A stretch of DNA of 64,000 bases from an uncultured Christensenellaceae bacterium (GTDB lineage: Bacteria > Bacillota > Clostridia > Christensenellales > UBA3700): the NCBI GenBank assembly GCA_910588545.1, contig CAJUOU010000003.1, positions 54,248 through 118,247 of the forward strand. Direction: 5' to 3'. Each line of letters starts with the position of its first letter. Within the stretch, counting starts at the first letter, position 1. A program made the position numbers and the translations under genes. Positions 18,651 to 28,223 of the stretch are shown here, piece by piece. The notes beneath the pieces were generated by a model. The model had not been told where the DNA came from. It saw only the letters and a list, made by a program, of their open reading frames with translations, and did no database searches.

Positions 18651-20222
18651 ATGTTTAAAGAAAAATTAAAAGAAGTGTTTGACAGTAAACTTAAAATTGC
18701 CGCAACAATATGCAGTGTAGTTTGGTTTATCCTATATTTTGCACTCGGAGCAAATATTTTTGATAATATGTGGAATACATCGCCTGCCCTTCCTTTTATC
18801 GGAGGAGTATTTGCACTTATTCCTATAATATTGCAAACGGTAAATTTGCTGTTTTGGAAAAACAAGTGGCTTGATATATGCGTGATTGCGGAAAGCTTGG
18901 CATTTATTTTGCTACATTTTTTCTTTTTTGCATTTGTGTTATCCAAACTAAGTTATTTTTTAATAACGGGCACTCCTTATTTTATTACTATAGGGTTGAT
19001 TGCTTTAATTGCTTTTTTTGTTTTCGTATTTCCCAAACTTCAAAAAATATTAAAACAAATAACTGCTGTAGGACTGACCGTAATTATTTTGATAATATGT
19101 ATAATATGTTTGTTTGATGCAACACCTTTCTACGTAAGCGCTGGGGCTACGGTATTTGCAGTAGAAGACGAATATCAAATTGCTTTTGCAACTTCACATA
19201 AGTCCACGGGAGCTATAGAAATAGACGGAACAACTTACTACGACCAAACCGACGGACAAAACAACATATCTACGTTGCACAAAATTAGTGTTCCTGCAGA
19301 CAAATTGGACATCAATAAAAAATATTCCGTAATAACACAAAGCGTACCTATCAATTCCGCTTATCTTCCATCCAAAGGCAGAGTGATTAAAAACGATTAT
19401 ACTTTTAGACCGATTGATGAGAGTGACGGTATTCAAATTTATAACCTATCCGATACTCACGAGTGTATTGGCGGGCCTGTAAATGCAGCATCTTACTTTG
19501 GCGATAAATTAGATTTGTTGATTTTAAACGGAGATATAATAAACGATATTTCGGGTGAGTCACAAATAGCGATAATATATAAAATAGCAAACAAAATTAC
19601 AAACGGTAGCAGACCCGTAATATTTACCCGCGGCAATCACGAATGCAACGGCAAATTGGCAGCAGACCTTGGCAAATATGTCGGCTCTACCAATAACGGA
19701 ATGTACTATACCTACAGTATTGGAAATACTATTTCCATGTTAGTATTGGACACCAATAACGATATGGCGGACGACAATAAATTGCTTAGCCCTATAGCCA
19801 ACTTTGATATTGTACGTAAAGAACAAACGGAATGGATAAAACAAAATTCCGATTGGAACAAGGACTATCAATTCAGATTTGTTGTAGCACACATGGCTTA
19901 TCCGTTATCCGGTTATATTGAAGATAAAAATTCTTGGAGCGGTTGGGCAAAAGAATTAGTAAGCCTTACAAACGGAAAAACAGATTTGTTGCTAAGCGGA
20001 CACTCTCACAAAACTGACTTTATAAAAGCAGGTACGGATGACAATAAGATTGCCGATTTCCCTGTACTTCGCGGGTCGCTAAGGAGCAACAAGTACAGTA
20101 ATAAAGAGGGCGTTTCTCCAAACGAGTTCACAGGCACAGCGATTGAAATAATAGGCGGCAAAATAAATGTCAAGTTTACCAATGCCAAGGGCGAAATCAA
20201 AAACGAATTTTGGCTTAACTAA
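18651..20222 (+). CDS. Polytopic membrane-anchored metallophosphoesterase
   Basis: About five N-terminal TM helices, then the SDTHE, NGDII, RGNHE and SGHSH metallophosphatase motifs. Confidence 0.8.
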   Translation: MFKEKLKEVFDSKLKIAATICSVVWFILYFALGANIFDNMWNTSPALPFIGGVFALIPIILQTVNLLFWKNKWLDICVIAESLAFILLHFFFFAFVLSKLSYFLITGTPYFITIGLIALIAFFVFVFPKLQKILKQITAVGLTVIILIICIICLFDATPFYVSAGATVFAVEDEYQIAFATSHKSTGAIEIDGTTYYDQTDGQNNISTLHKISVPADKLDINKKYSVITQSVPINSAYLPSKGRVIKNDYTFRPIDESDGIQIYNLSDTHECIGGPVNAASYFGDKLDLLILNGDIINDISGESQIAIIYKIANKITNGSRPVIFTRGNHECNGKLAADLGKYVGSTNNGMYYTYSIGNTISMLVLDTNNDMADDNKLLSPIANFDIVRKEQTEWIKQNSDWNKDYQFRFVVAHMAYPLSGYIEDKNSWSGWAKELVSLTNGKTDLLLSGHSHKTDFIKAGTDDNKIADFPVLRGSLRSNKYSNKEGVSPNEFTGTAIEIIGGKINVKFTNAKGEIKNEFWLN

Positions 20223-20294
20223 TTATTTTACAGTTAATTAAATTTATTAAAACTATTTACTTTATTAGCTTTTAAAATTAAGTTGTATAAAAAA

Positions 20295-20321
20295 CACCGC
20301 CTCTAAAGCGGTGCTTTTTTG
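20295..20321. terminator. Bidirectional terminator between convergent genes
   Basis: CACCGC-ctctaaa-GCGGTG with an A-run before and TTTTTT after. Confidence 0.65.
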
Positions 20322-20363
20322 ATTTAATATCGATTTTTGTAAGCTTTTTACTTAAAACCTATT

Positions 20364-21989
20364 TTATTCCGCGATTGCTTGCTTTATCGCAGCATTTATT
20401 TTTTCACGGGTTGCAAGTTGCCAATCGTCACAATGAGGATATTGGGCAAATGTAATAGGCTCAATACCATCCTCCAATATTTGCATTGTTTTTTCCTTTC
20501 CTATCAAACTCTCAAGTAGTTGCAATGCCCTCATATCTTGGAAAGCATCGTAAAACACTTTAAGTCTTAGCGAAATCAATGGCGTACCATTATCCCCGGG
20601 ATATACAACAAACGAATCGCCTGACGGGAAACTACCGCCCGCATCTGTCTCCGTAAACGGGTCAACAGGTCCGGTAGAAAACTGTTTGTACCAAAAGTTA
20701 TATCCCCAATGCAAAAAGCCTTTTACATTAAATTTATACATTTGATAGCCTAAAACTCTGTTACGTTGAGATGGCATAGAGAAGAATTTGTTCGAAACAC
20801 CTTTTACCTGAACGCAGCAGTAATATGTCCACAAATCCGAAACATTGCCTATAAACAGCTCGATATGGTCATTTGCTGGAACAGGCAATTTTACAAGACC
20901 TTTTTTATAAAATTTATAATTGCTCAAAGCATCCATAATTTTATACTCGCCAAACAACTCATTTACTATATTGCTTGCTTTGCGATAATGCCTTGCAATG
21001 GCAGCAAACGGCTCGTCGGATACATGGAAATACACTTTATCTTCCAAGCCCTTTTCCTTAAGATAAGGTTTGAACACCTCTGCAAAAGCAGTAAGGAAAC
21101 TGCGATATGCCTTTCCTGAAGCTTTGGTATCCCAACCGAAAATGCGTTTTTGCACGCCGTCTACCTCTGCAATAATTTTAGGGCATTTTTTCGCCCCCCA
21201 TTGAGTGAAGAAATGCGATAACTCCAAATATTTTATGCCTACTTCATCGCAAATTGCTATCCATTTGTCAAGATTTGTAAAATCAAATTTATACTCTCCG
21301 CTTGTCACTTTTACCCCAACTAATTGAACAGTTGGTCTCTCCCCGCCAACCTTTGTATCAAGCGGCGGTGTAAATAGCGGTGTTAAAACCATATTCATAC
21401 CGTGGTCTACGGCAACTTTTAAAAAGTTTTTAACATACTCCCAATATTTATCGGAAAAAACTTCTACATTATAATGTGTTGCAATGCAATCTGTATGAAA
21501 CCAATTTGTATTTATCAATGTTTGAGCAGGTAGTTGCGCGTCAATCACATCCAAAGTGAAATCGATAGTCTGTACGTCCTCCCCACAAGTTAAAGCAACA
21601 TTTATTTTTTGTTCCCCTGCCACAAGCGTCGGGTTTGGTACAACCTCTAACCAAATGCTATTCCACTTGTTTGCTTTTGCATTAAAGCAACCCTCCAACA
21701 GGCGTAACAACTCGGGGAAATAACCGGATTTTTTCCTTAATGTATAGTTATCTTGCAAAGCGTGTACAGGATTTTTGGAATATATCTCCTCCACATAATA
21801 AACATTTATGCAATCTTTAAACTTACAATCGACTTTTACATTTACCTCGCAATCGGAATCGTTACAAAAAGCTACTTGGAGTTGCACTCTTTCATTGCTC
21901 AAACAGCTTAGCTTTGTAAACGGTTGAGCGGTAGGCTCTTCGTCCGAAAACACTTTTATAAGTGAACTTAAAGGAATAATTTTTAACAT
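20364..21989 (-). CDS. DUF4091 / GH123-like putative glycoside hydrolase
   Basis: 541 aa with an AGGAGAG RBS. Overall layout and the VYFHVSDEP, FLHWGYNFW blocks recall DUF4091 proteins. This is recognition-level only. Confidence 0.55.
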   Translation of the reverse strand: MLKIIPLSSLIKVFSDEEPTAQPFTKLSCLSNERVQLQVAFCNDSDCEVNVKVDCKFKDCINVYYVEEIYSKNPVHALQDNYTLRKKSGYFPELLRLLEGCFNAKANKWNSIWLEVVPNPTLVAGEQKINVALTCGEDVQTIDFTLDVIDAQLPAQTLINTNWFHTDCIATHYNVEVFSDKYWEYVKNFLKVAVDHGMNMVLTPLFTPPLDTKVGGERPTVQLVGVKVTSGEYKFDFTNLDKWIAICDEVGIKYLELSHFFTQWGAKKCPKIIAEVDGVQKRIFGWDTKASGKAYRSFLTAFAEVFKPYLKEKGLEDKVYFHVSDEPFAAIARHYRKASNIVNELFGEYKIMDALSNYKFYKKGLVKLPVPANDHIELFIGNVSDLWTYYCCVQVKGVSNKFFSMPSQRNRVLGYQMYKFNVKGFLHWGYNFWYKQFSTGPVDPFTETDAGGSFPSGDSFVVYPGDNGTPLISLRLKVFYDAFQDMRALQLLESLIGKEKTMQILEDGIEPITFAQYPHCDDWQLATREKINAAIKQAIAE

Positions 21990-22113
21990 AACTCTCTCCT
22001 GATATTACTGATATATTGTAATAATTATACCATATAACAAACAATATTTCAATACTTTTTTTATTTCCGTAAATTATCTTATATATCTAATTATTTATAT
22101 TGCATTAAAAGAG

Positions 22114-22148
22114 CAAAAAAAATTGCCCGTTTTAATTAAACAGACAAT
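22114..22148 (-). terminator. Terminator of 22173-23471
   Basis: On the minus strand TTGTCTG...CGGGCAA (two G-U pairs) followed by TTTTTTTT. Confidence 0.5.
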
Positions 22149-22172
22149 TTAATATCGATTTTTGAACTATTT

Positions 22173-23471
22173 TTATAATTTTGCATCTTTAGTAGCAGGG
22201 TTATTTATCATTTTCCCGTTACTCTCAAACCTTGAGCCATGACAACTGCAATCCCAACTATGTTCCCTTTTGTTATACTTTAATGCACATCCTAAATGCG
22301 GGCAACGTTTAATTGTCGGACACAACATATTTACCACAACAGCGCCTATATTAGCAAACAGTTGCATTCTTAAAACACGTCTTTTTGTAGCAAAAGTTTT
22401 TGCAAATTCATTATCCTTGCCGCAAACAATGTCTTTTAAAACCATAGCCCCTACCATAGAGCCTGTCATTCCCCACAAATTAAATCCTGTTGTTACAAAC
22501 ACGTTATTAAGATTCCCGTATCTACCTATATATGGCATATCGTCAAGGGTTACACAATCTTGATTTGCCCACAAATATTTGACTTCCGCATCAGGATAAA
22601 ACTTGTCCTTAAAGTCTTTCAACTGCTCTAGTGCTTTGGTTTTGCAACCCGTTCTGTGTTCTCCTTTGCCGACTATCAATAAATCATTGTAATTCCTAAA
22701 ATAAAAACCCTCTTCCTTATCGTCTATAAAACTGCCATTCAACTTGTTTTCAACTTGCAAAGCCATAACGTATGAACGTTTTTGGTGCATTTTGATAAAA
22801 AACCAACCGTGTGTATTGATAAACGGAAAGTGACTTGCAACAATCGCTTGCTTAAACTTTATATTGCCTTTATCGGTAAAAGCCATGTCGCCGTCAATCT
22901 TTTTTACAAATGTGTTTTCGTATATTTTTAGTTTTTCGGCTAGTTTGTACAAAAATTTCAACGGATGAAACTGTGCCATATCATTAAATTTAACGGCACT
23001 TCTTATATCGTAAGGCAATTCCGTTTCAAAAACAAGCTCGGCATCATATCCAAGTTTTTTCAAAGCCTTTACTTCGTCATTCAAATTGTAATCTTTAGAG
23101 TACATGTACGACGGAGTTATTTCAAAATCGCAATCGATTTGCTCCCTGTTTATAAGTTGCTTAAACTCCTCTACAGCGGATAAATTTGCCATCAAATAAT
23201 TTTTGGCATTTTCCTCGCCGTAATACTTTATTAAATCTTTATACGGCGTATCATGTTGCGCTGTAATTACTGCGGTGGTTTTTGCAGTCATACCACTTCC
23301 TATTTGTGCCCCCTCAACCAAAACAACATTTTTACCCTCACGCATTAAATAGTACGCGGTCAATATACCTGCCATTCCTCCACCAATAACCAATATATCG
23401 CAGCCTATGTCTCTGTTTAACTGTTCAAATTCTTTTTTCTGCGAAAACTCGCTCCATACACTTTTATCCAT
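22173..23471 (-). CDS. FAD-dependent oxidoreductase fused to a C-terminal Rieske [2Fe-2S] domain
   Basis: Dinucleotide fold DILVIGGGMAGILTAYYL. Rieske ligands CPHLGC...CSCHGS. Confidence 0.85.
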   Translation of the reverse strand: MDKSVWSEFSQKKEFEQLNRDIGCDILVIGGGMAGILTAYYLMREGKNVVLVEGAQIGSGMTAKTTAVITAQHDTPYKDLIKYYGEENAKNYLMANLSAVEEFKQLINREQIDCDFEITPSYMYSKDYNLNDEVKALKKLGYDAELVFETELPYDIRSAVKFNDMAQFHPLKFLYKLAEKLKIYENTFVKKIDGDMAFTDKGNIKFKQAIVASHFPFINTHGWFFIKMHQKRSYVMALQVENKLNGSFIDDKEEGFYFRNYNDLLIVGKGEHRTGCKTKALEQLKDFKDKFYPDAEVKYLWANQDCVTLDDMPYIGRYGNLNNVFVTTGFNLWGMTGSMVGAMVLKDIVCGKDNEFAKTFATKRRVLRMQLFANIGAVVVNMLCPTIKRCPHLGCALKYNKREHSWDCSCHGSRFESNGKMINNPATKDAKL

Positions 23472-23555
23472 ACAATTAGTTTGTTCATTTTATTAAAATT
23501 ATTACTACATTTTATAAATAACCCGATTTTCGCAGCATTTTTTTATTTTTACAAT

Positions 23556-23588
23556 GAAAAACAAGGTCAAAATTTTGACCTTGTTTTG
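23556..23588 (-). terminator. Terminator of the surface-protein gene
   Basis: Perfect palindrome AACAAGGTCAAAATTTTGACCTTGTT with flanking A/T runs, ~10 nt after the stop at 23598. Confidence 0.7.
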
Positions 23589-23597
23589 CTTTTGTTG

Positions 23598-26396
23598 TTA
23601 AAAGAATAAGTTTATCATAAGTAATTTATCTATTACATTTCTTACAATTTCTGCATCTGCAGATGTTACATTGCCTTTGTTGACTACCATGCTTGCCAGC
23701 TTCTTTTCCGTACTCAAACTTTGGTATAATGTATCGTCACTTGCTAATTGTCTTAGGTATGATACATCGCTTGCACTTATCCTGCCGTCTCCGTTCACAT
23801 CCCCTAATACGGATAAAGTTATTCTTTCCACTTTACTACCCGATTGGTACTCCATATACCAACCTGTTCCAATAGCTAACTCTTTGCCGTTATTCAGTAA
23901 ATTTTCATTCACATTAGCATTGCCTTTGTCATATATTAACATGCCTTTACTGTTGTATATTTGCAACTTGGTTATATCAAACATTAAATTATTGACAAAT
24001 TCGTTTACGCTTGTATTAGGAGTAATATTGCCTAAAATCAATTTGCCGTTGTTATTTGTTGCAACTACTTCGCTATCATTTACCAATCGATAAATACCAT
24101 TTTCCCTATAACTTTTTCTAACCAATTTATCTCCGTCCTGTTCCAAATATAAAAAGTCATAAATGCCGTTTTTAATCATACTTTTATCTTCGATTGTGTA
24201 GGTTAAACTTATCTCCTCCGTTCCGCCTGTTGCCCACTCGTAATTACTCGTGTCTTTAATAGTTATTTTTGCGGTATGAACACCTGCCGTCTTAGCCTTA
24301 TTTCCCTCGATTTCCATTTTGTCATCATCAAAATTATCTGGCGTAAATACATGTTCCTCTCCGTCCAAAATGTAGTTTGCACTTCCGCTTGGAGCAGTCA
24401 ATTTTGCTTTTGTAATATTATAATATTTTGTATTTGAGGAAGCTTTTATCTTATAGTTTTTATTGCTTAAGGCAATGGCTACAGCTTTATACCCGCTACC
24501 TGCATTTATATTGCCGCCTTGTATGGTAACAGTACACTCGCTATCCTCCGCTATGCTTGCGGCTGGGCTTTGCACTTTTCCGTTATATACCAGATTGTCA
24601 TTATTCCATACTACATTTACTTCCTTAGGCAAAATGGTAAACATAAATGTAGGATTTTTATAATTACCTGCAGAATAAAAAGCATAACTTCCCGCATCCC
24701 TCAATGTACGACTTGTAAATGGAGCATCTTCTCCTTGCATATAAATTTCGCCTGTTGCGGAAATTACATAATCACGCCCCGTGTAGTTTACTGTCGCATT
24801 AGACCCGCCGTTTGTTTGACCACCTGTCCACTTCCAAGTCAAGTCGGTAGCAGTATTATCTTCATCTTTCAAAATAGCCTCTGTGCCCGAAGTGCCTATT
24901 CGTTTATTGCTGTTTGAAAAGAAATATCTGCTTGGAGTGATATCGTAATTGCCACCTGTATAATATCCGTAGGTAAATTCTCCTGTGTAATCGCTACTCA
25001 ACAAAACACCGACATGTGTTGTACTACTTGAAGTAGCCAATTTTCCTACTACCCTAATCCTCTCGCCTTTTGTCAAAAAAACATCTGCAGCACCGCTTGA
25101 GTTTGTATTATTATAAATTTGAGCACCTGCACCGATTGCAATAGTACCGTATGCACTGGTTACAGCGTGGTGTGTATTTATACCTGCTCCGTCCTTAGCA
25201 GAAATATTATTGTAAATTTTGCAGTTTCTTATAATAACATCACTTGACACAATAGTAATAGCTCCGTATGTATCAAAACTATTATTCCTAATTTCGCCGC
25301 CATTAAAATTAAATGTACCCACTTGCGTGTAAACTACTCCTGCACCGCTTTTATTAGCCAAATCATTCATAAAATAATTTCTTTCTATTATACCGTCGTC
25401 CATATTGAACTCTTTACAAACAACACGCATAGCGCATCCCCATCCATGGGCGGCATTTCTAGATATTAATCCACCGGTTATATTTACCGTAGATTTGTCA
25501 TTATAAGCACTTATGGCTCCACCCGTATCAATAGCAGAATTATTATGTATAATTCCTCCGTTAATTTGCAATTTTTTTGCTTGAAAATTTATTGCTCCGC
25601 CATCCCCTGAAATTATTCCATTATGTACGCCGATTGCTTGGTTATTAATTATCATTCCGCTATTAATTGTAATCGAGCTGTTTATTCCGGAATAAATAGC
25701 ACCTCCTCCTTGCGAGCCTTGTGCAATATTTCCGTAAATCATCCCGCCGTTCATCTCAAAGTAGCCCTCGTAGCTAACAACTAGTGCTCCACCGTCATTT
25801 GTAATATATCCGCCTGTTATACCACCCGCACCATAACTTTGCAAATTTGATTCCGGATTTTTATTATACGCATCCAAAACTTTTTGCTCATCGTATTTAC
25901 TATCCATAAGAATCAAATTGCCCCTTACATACATAACATTACCCCAATTAACCGCTACAGTCAATTTTCTGTCAATTTTAAAACCATTTAAATCCAATGT
26001 AATTGTCGCTCCTTCCGGAACAGCAATGCTACCATTGAAAAAGCTATTTTCATAACTGCCAAAATAGTTATTGCCGCTAGTAGGAGCAATCCAATCCCTT
26101 GACAATACAACTTTGATATGCAAGCCTTCCAATGACTCGACAATTACGTCATTCCACTCTTCGGCAATCTCTTCACAAGTAGTTCCTTTAAATATTACTT
26201 CCTTATCTATTTTACCGACAGTACTTTTTGTGATATTATTTTTGGAGTCTATGCTAACATTATCGATATTACTTGTAGGTGCACTTTCCAAAACATTTTT
26301 GTTCGCATTTGCAAAAACTACTATCCCGATTAATAATAGACAAGATATTACTGACACAAAAAATATTATTCCTGCCCTTTTAATAATCTTTGCCAT
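23598..26396 (-). CDS. Large cell-surface protein: signal anchor, Pmp-like GGAI beta-helix repeats, MBG-type Ig-like repeats, C-terminal dockerin
   Basis: Repeated GGAI/GGAL motifs (GGALVV, GGGAIYSG, DGGAINF, TGGAISAY). YNGKVQSP and YKAVAIALSNKNYKI blocks. C-terminal GDVNGDGRISASDVSYLRQ...VNKGNVTSADAEIVRN is a type-I dockerin pair. Start set at MAKIIKRAG (ATG 26396, GGAGG at 26404-26408) rather than the track start at 26447. Confidence 0.85.
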   Translation of the reverse strand: MAKIIKRAGIIFFVSVISCLLLIGIVVFANANKNVLESAPTSNIDNVSIDSKNNITKSTVGKIDKEVIFKGTTCEEIAEEWNDVIVESLEGLHIKVVLSRDWIAPTSGNNYFGSYENSFFNGSIAVPEGATITLDLNGFKIDRKLTVAVNWGNVMYVRGNLILMDSKYDEQKVLDAYNKNPESNLQSYGAGGITGGYITNDGGALVVSYEGYFEMNGGMIYGNIAQGSQGGGAIYSGINSSITINSGMIINNQAIGVHNGIISGDGGAINFQAKKLQINGGIIHNNSAIDTGGAISAYNDKSTVNITGGLISRNAAHGWGCAMRVVCKEFNMDDGIIERNYFMNDLANKSGAGVVYTQVGTFNFNGGEIRNNSFDTYGAITIVSSDVIIRNCKIYNNISAKDGAGINTHHAVTSAYGTIAIGAGAQIYNNTNSSGAADVFLTKGERIRVVGKLATSSSTTHVGVLLSSDYTGEFTYGYYTGGNYDITPSRYFFSNSNKRIGTSGTEAILKDEDNTATDLTWKWTGGQTNGGSNATVNYTGRDYVISATGEIYMQGEDAPFTSRTLRDAGSYAFYSAGNYKNPTFMFTILPKEVNVVWNNDNLVYNGKVQSPAASIAEDSECTVTIQGGNINAGSGYKAVAIALSNKNYKIKASSNTKYYNITKAKLTAPSGSANYILDGEEHVFTPDNFDDDKMEIEGNKAKTAGVHTAKITIKDTSNYEWATGGTEEISLTYTIEDKSMIKNGIYDFLYLEQDGDKLVRKSYRENGIYRLVNDSEVVATNNNGKLILGNITPNTSVNEFVNNLMFDITKLQIYNSKGMLIYDKGNANVNENLLNNGKELAIGTGWYMEYQSGSKVERITLSVLGDVNGDGRISASDVSYLRQLASDDTLYQSLSTEKKLASMVVNKGNVTSADAEIVRNVIDKLLMINLFF

Positions 26397-26420
26397 AATA
26401 AAACCTCCGTTTTTTACCTT

Positions 26421-26593
26421 ACATAGAATAAGTATATCTATGTACAAAATCGAGGATTTTCGGGAAAGTTTTTTAAAGTTTTTGTAGCTTTTTTGTAAAG
26501 CAATTACAAAATGTTTAATTAAACGTTGACAAAAGTTTACTTTTGACCCTATAATATATATATAAAATGTACATAGATATACTTATTCCATGT
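26421..26593. promoter_or_regulatory. Candidate invertible promoter element (inverton), copy 2, abutting the surface-protein start
   Basis: IR-L at 26421-26446 and IR-R at 26568-26593 (1 mismatch). The core carries TTGACA (26526-26531)-18-TATAAT (26550-26555) reading + and away from the gene, whose ATG lies 24 nt outside IR-L. Confidence 0.55.
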
Positions 26594-26744
26594 ACCCAAA
26601 CTTTACATTAAAGGCAAATATTTAACCCCAATAGTCCCGATTTTTGATAGGATTATTGCAGTGAACGGCACTTTTTGCCTACTTTAAACTTTACAAAAAA
26701 AGTAACACCCCAAAACTAATCGTTTCAGGGTGTATTTTTTATTT
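26562..26744 (+). ncRNA. Candidate ~180-nt sRNA (copy 2)
   Basis: Same predicted structure as copy 1. Hairpin TACTTT/AAAGTA (26680-26685 with 26699-26704) shows a compensatory A-T to T-A swap relative to copy 1. Terminator ACACCC...GGGTGT plus T-run at 26705-26744. Confidence 0.4.
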
Positions 26745-26854
26745 AAGTCAATTTTAAATTTGTCAAAAATTAAGACAAAAAATGGCTTATTTATAAGTTG
26801 TTGATAGAAATTTAAGCAATTAAAATCGCCTTGCATAACTGCAGAGCGTTAGAT

Positions 26855-27220
26855 TTATTGTTTAGCGACAAAATTTTTAACTATTTCAAATATATCATCC
26901 GTAATTACATGCTCAATACGGCAAGCATTTTCTTCCGCGCTTTCCTCCTCTGCACCTAGTTTTATCAAAGCTTGCATAAGCACCCTGTGTCTTTCAAAAA
27001 TATTTTCCGCCTTTTGTCGTCCCACATCGGTAAGCACGAGTTCGCCTGTATTTTTAATTTCTACAAACCCTTTTTTTGCAAGCAGATTGACAGCTTTGGA
27101 TACACTTGATTTAGCATATCCCAACTCCTCCACAATATCTACCGAGCGGACTAAACTTTTTTTATTTTTTAAATTTAGTATTGTTTCCAAATACATTTCT
27201 TCAGACTCATAAACTCTCAT
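26855..27220 (-). CDS. DtxR/MntR-family metal-dependent transcriptional regulator
   Basis: EMYLETIL...VRSVDIVEELGYAKSSVSKAVNLLAKKGFV winged-helix region plus the dimerisation helix HRVLMQ. The start choice (ATG 27220) is uncertain. Confidence 0.8.
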   Translation of the reverse strand: MRVYESEEMYLETILNLKNKKSLVRSVDIVEELGYAKSSVSKAVNLLAKKGFVEIKNTGELVLTDVGRQKAENIFERHRVLMQALIKLGAEEESAEENACRIEHVITDDIFEIVKNFVAKQ

Positions 27221-27389
27221 ACCAATTCCCAAACCTTTACTATTGTAACATTACATATATTTTAACATAATTTTGTTTAAAATGCAATAACAAATTTAAT
27301 TACCGCATATCTGCAAATTTATACATTATTTTTGTCTGTAATAAAATATCAAAGTATGTTAATATCACAGCTAATTGTTCGCATACAAA

Positions 27390-27416
27390 AAGCAAGCCTA
27401 AAATAAGCCTGCTTAA
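27390..27416 (-). terminator. Terminator of lemA
   Basis: On the minus strand a 10-bp stem AAGCAGGCUU/AGGCUUGCUU (two G-U pairs) followed by a U-run. Confidence 0.55.
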
Positions 27417-27473
27417 TTGTTATTTTAAAATAATCCCCTACCTTAAATAATTAAGGGATAATGCTATTTAAGC

Positions 27474-28145
27474 TCAACCAAAGAAAGTTCCTTTTGCTTG
27501 CTCTTTAATTTCTCTAGATGCAATAAACGGAATTTTAGTTGTATAGCCTTGTTTTGCTGCAACGATTTGGTTTGTAGGCCATTTAAAGATAGCCATATTC
27601 CAACTGTTGATTAAATCGTTATAAGTATCTCTTGCAGCAGTAACTTCCCTTTGCAAGTAGTTGTTTTGTTGCATAGCACTTTGAATACTTTCGTGTGCTT
27701 GCAATTCAGGATAATTTTCCATTGCAAAACGCAAGTTTGCAGCAAATCCATCTACCTTTTGAGAAATCTCATTTCTCTCCTCGCCTGTCTCTGGGTGAAC
27801 GCCCGAACGCAAAGCTGCGATTTGAGTAAATGTATCTTTATCCAAATCAATAGATTTGTTTACAAGTTGAGCACAGTTTTGAAGAACGATGACTCTTTGC
27901 TCCAAATAGTTGTCAATAGTAGATGCTTGCTTATTGATTTGTTGTTCGATACGCTTTAATTTGTTATCGGCATTCTTTTTCATAATCATAAATACAACAC
28001 CCGGAATAATAGCCAAAACCCAAAGCATAATTTCAAATATCTTTGAGCCTAAACCTACTTTCGGCGAAATTTGTTTTGCGATTACATTAACTTCACGTCC
28101 TTCTTCCATTGGGACATAGTTCATTTCATCCAATTCATTTGCCAT
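27474..28145 (-). CDS. lemA: LemA family protein
   Basis: N-terminal TM helix followed by the LemA helical region (YLEQRVIVLQNCAQLV...TYNDLINSWNMAIFKWPTNQIVAAKQGY). AGGAGG RBS. Confidence 0.85.
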   Translation of the reverse strand: MANELDEMNYVPMEEGREVNVIAKQISPKVGLGSKIFEIMLWVLAIIPGVVFMIMKKNADNKLKRIEQQINKQASTIDNYLEQRVIVLQNCAQLVNKSIDLDKDTFTQIAALRSGVHPETGEERNEISQKVDGFAANLRFAMENYPELQAHESIQSAMQQNNYLQREVTAARDTYNDLINSWNMAIFKWPTNQIVAAKQGYTTKIPFIASREIKEQAKGTFFG

Positions 28146-28223
28146 AAAATTTTACCTCCTAAGCATAAAAGCCTTTTGTTTTTATTTTAATTGCATAGAA
28201 CTCTATACAATATTAACCTATGA

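Larger units (their letters stand above)
26421..26800 (+). repeat. Copy 2 of the duplicated intergenic module
   Basis: See 14097-14470. Same order, same orientation, same 121-bp core length. Confidence 0.9.

Noticed and set aside
16200-19590. Track ORFs 16200-16418, 16403-16717, 18632-18946, 18878-19117, 19194-19436 and 19405-19590.
   Set aside because: They are antisense to, or out of frame within, the recombinase and metallophosphoesterase genes, whose motif content is clear.
26397-26447. Track start of the surface-protein ORF at 26447 (MYIDILILCKVKNGGFIMAK...), and a mirror 14-codon ORF MYIDILIPCTQTLH starting in IR-R of both modules.
   Set aside because: Both arise because the inverted repeat contains ATGTACAT, so each IR opens with ATG reading outward. 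Neither has an RBS. The real start, with GGAGG, is 26396.
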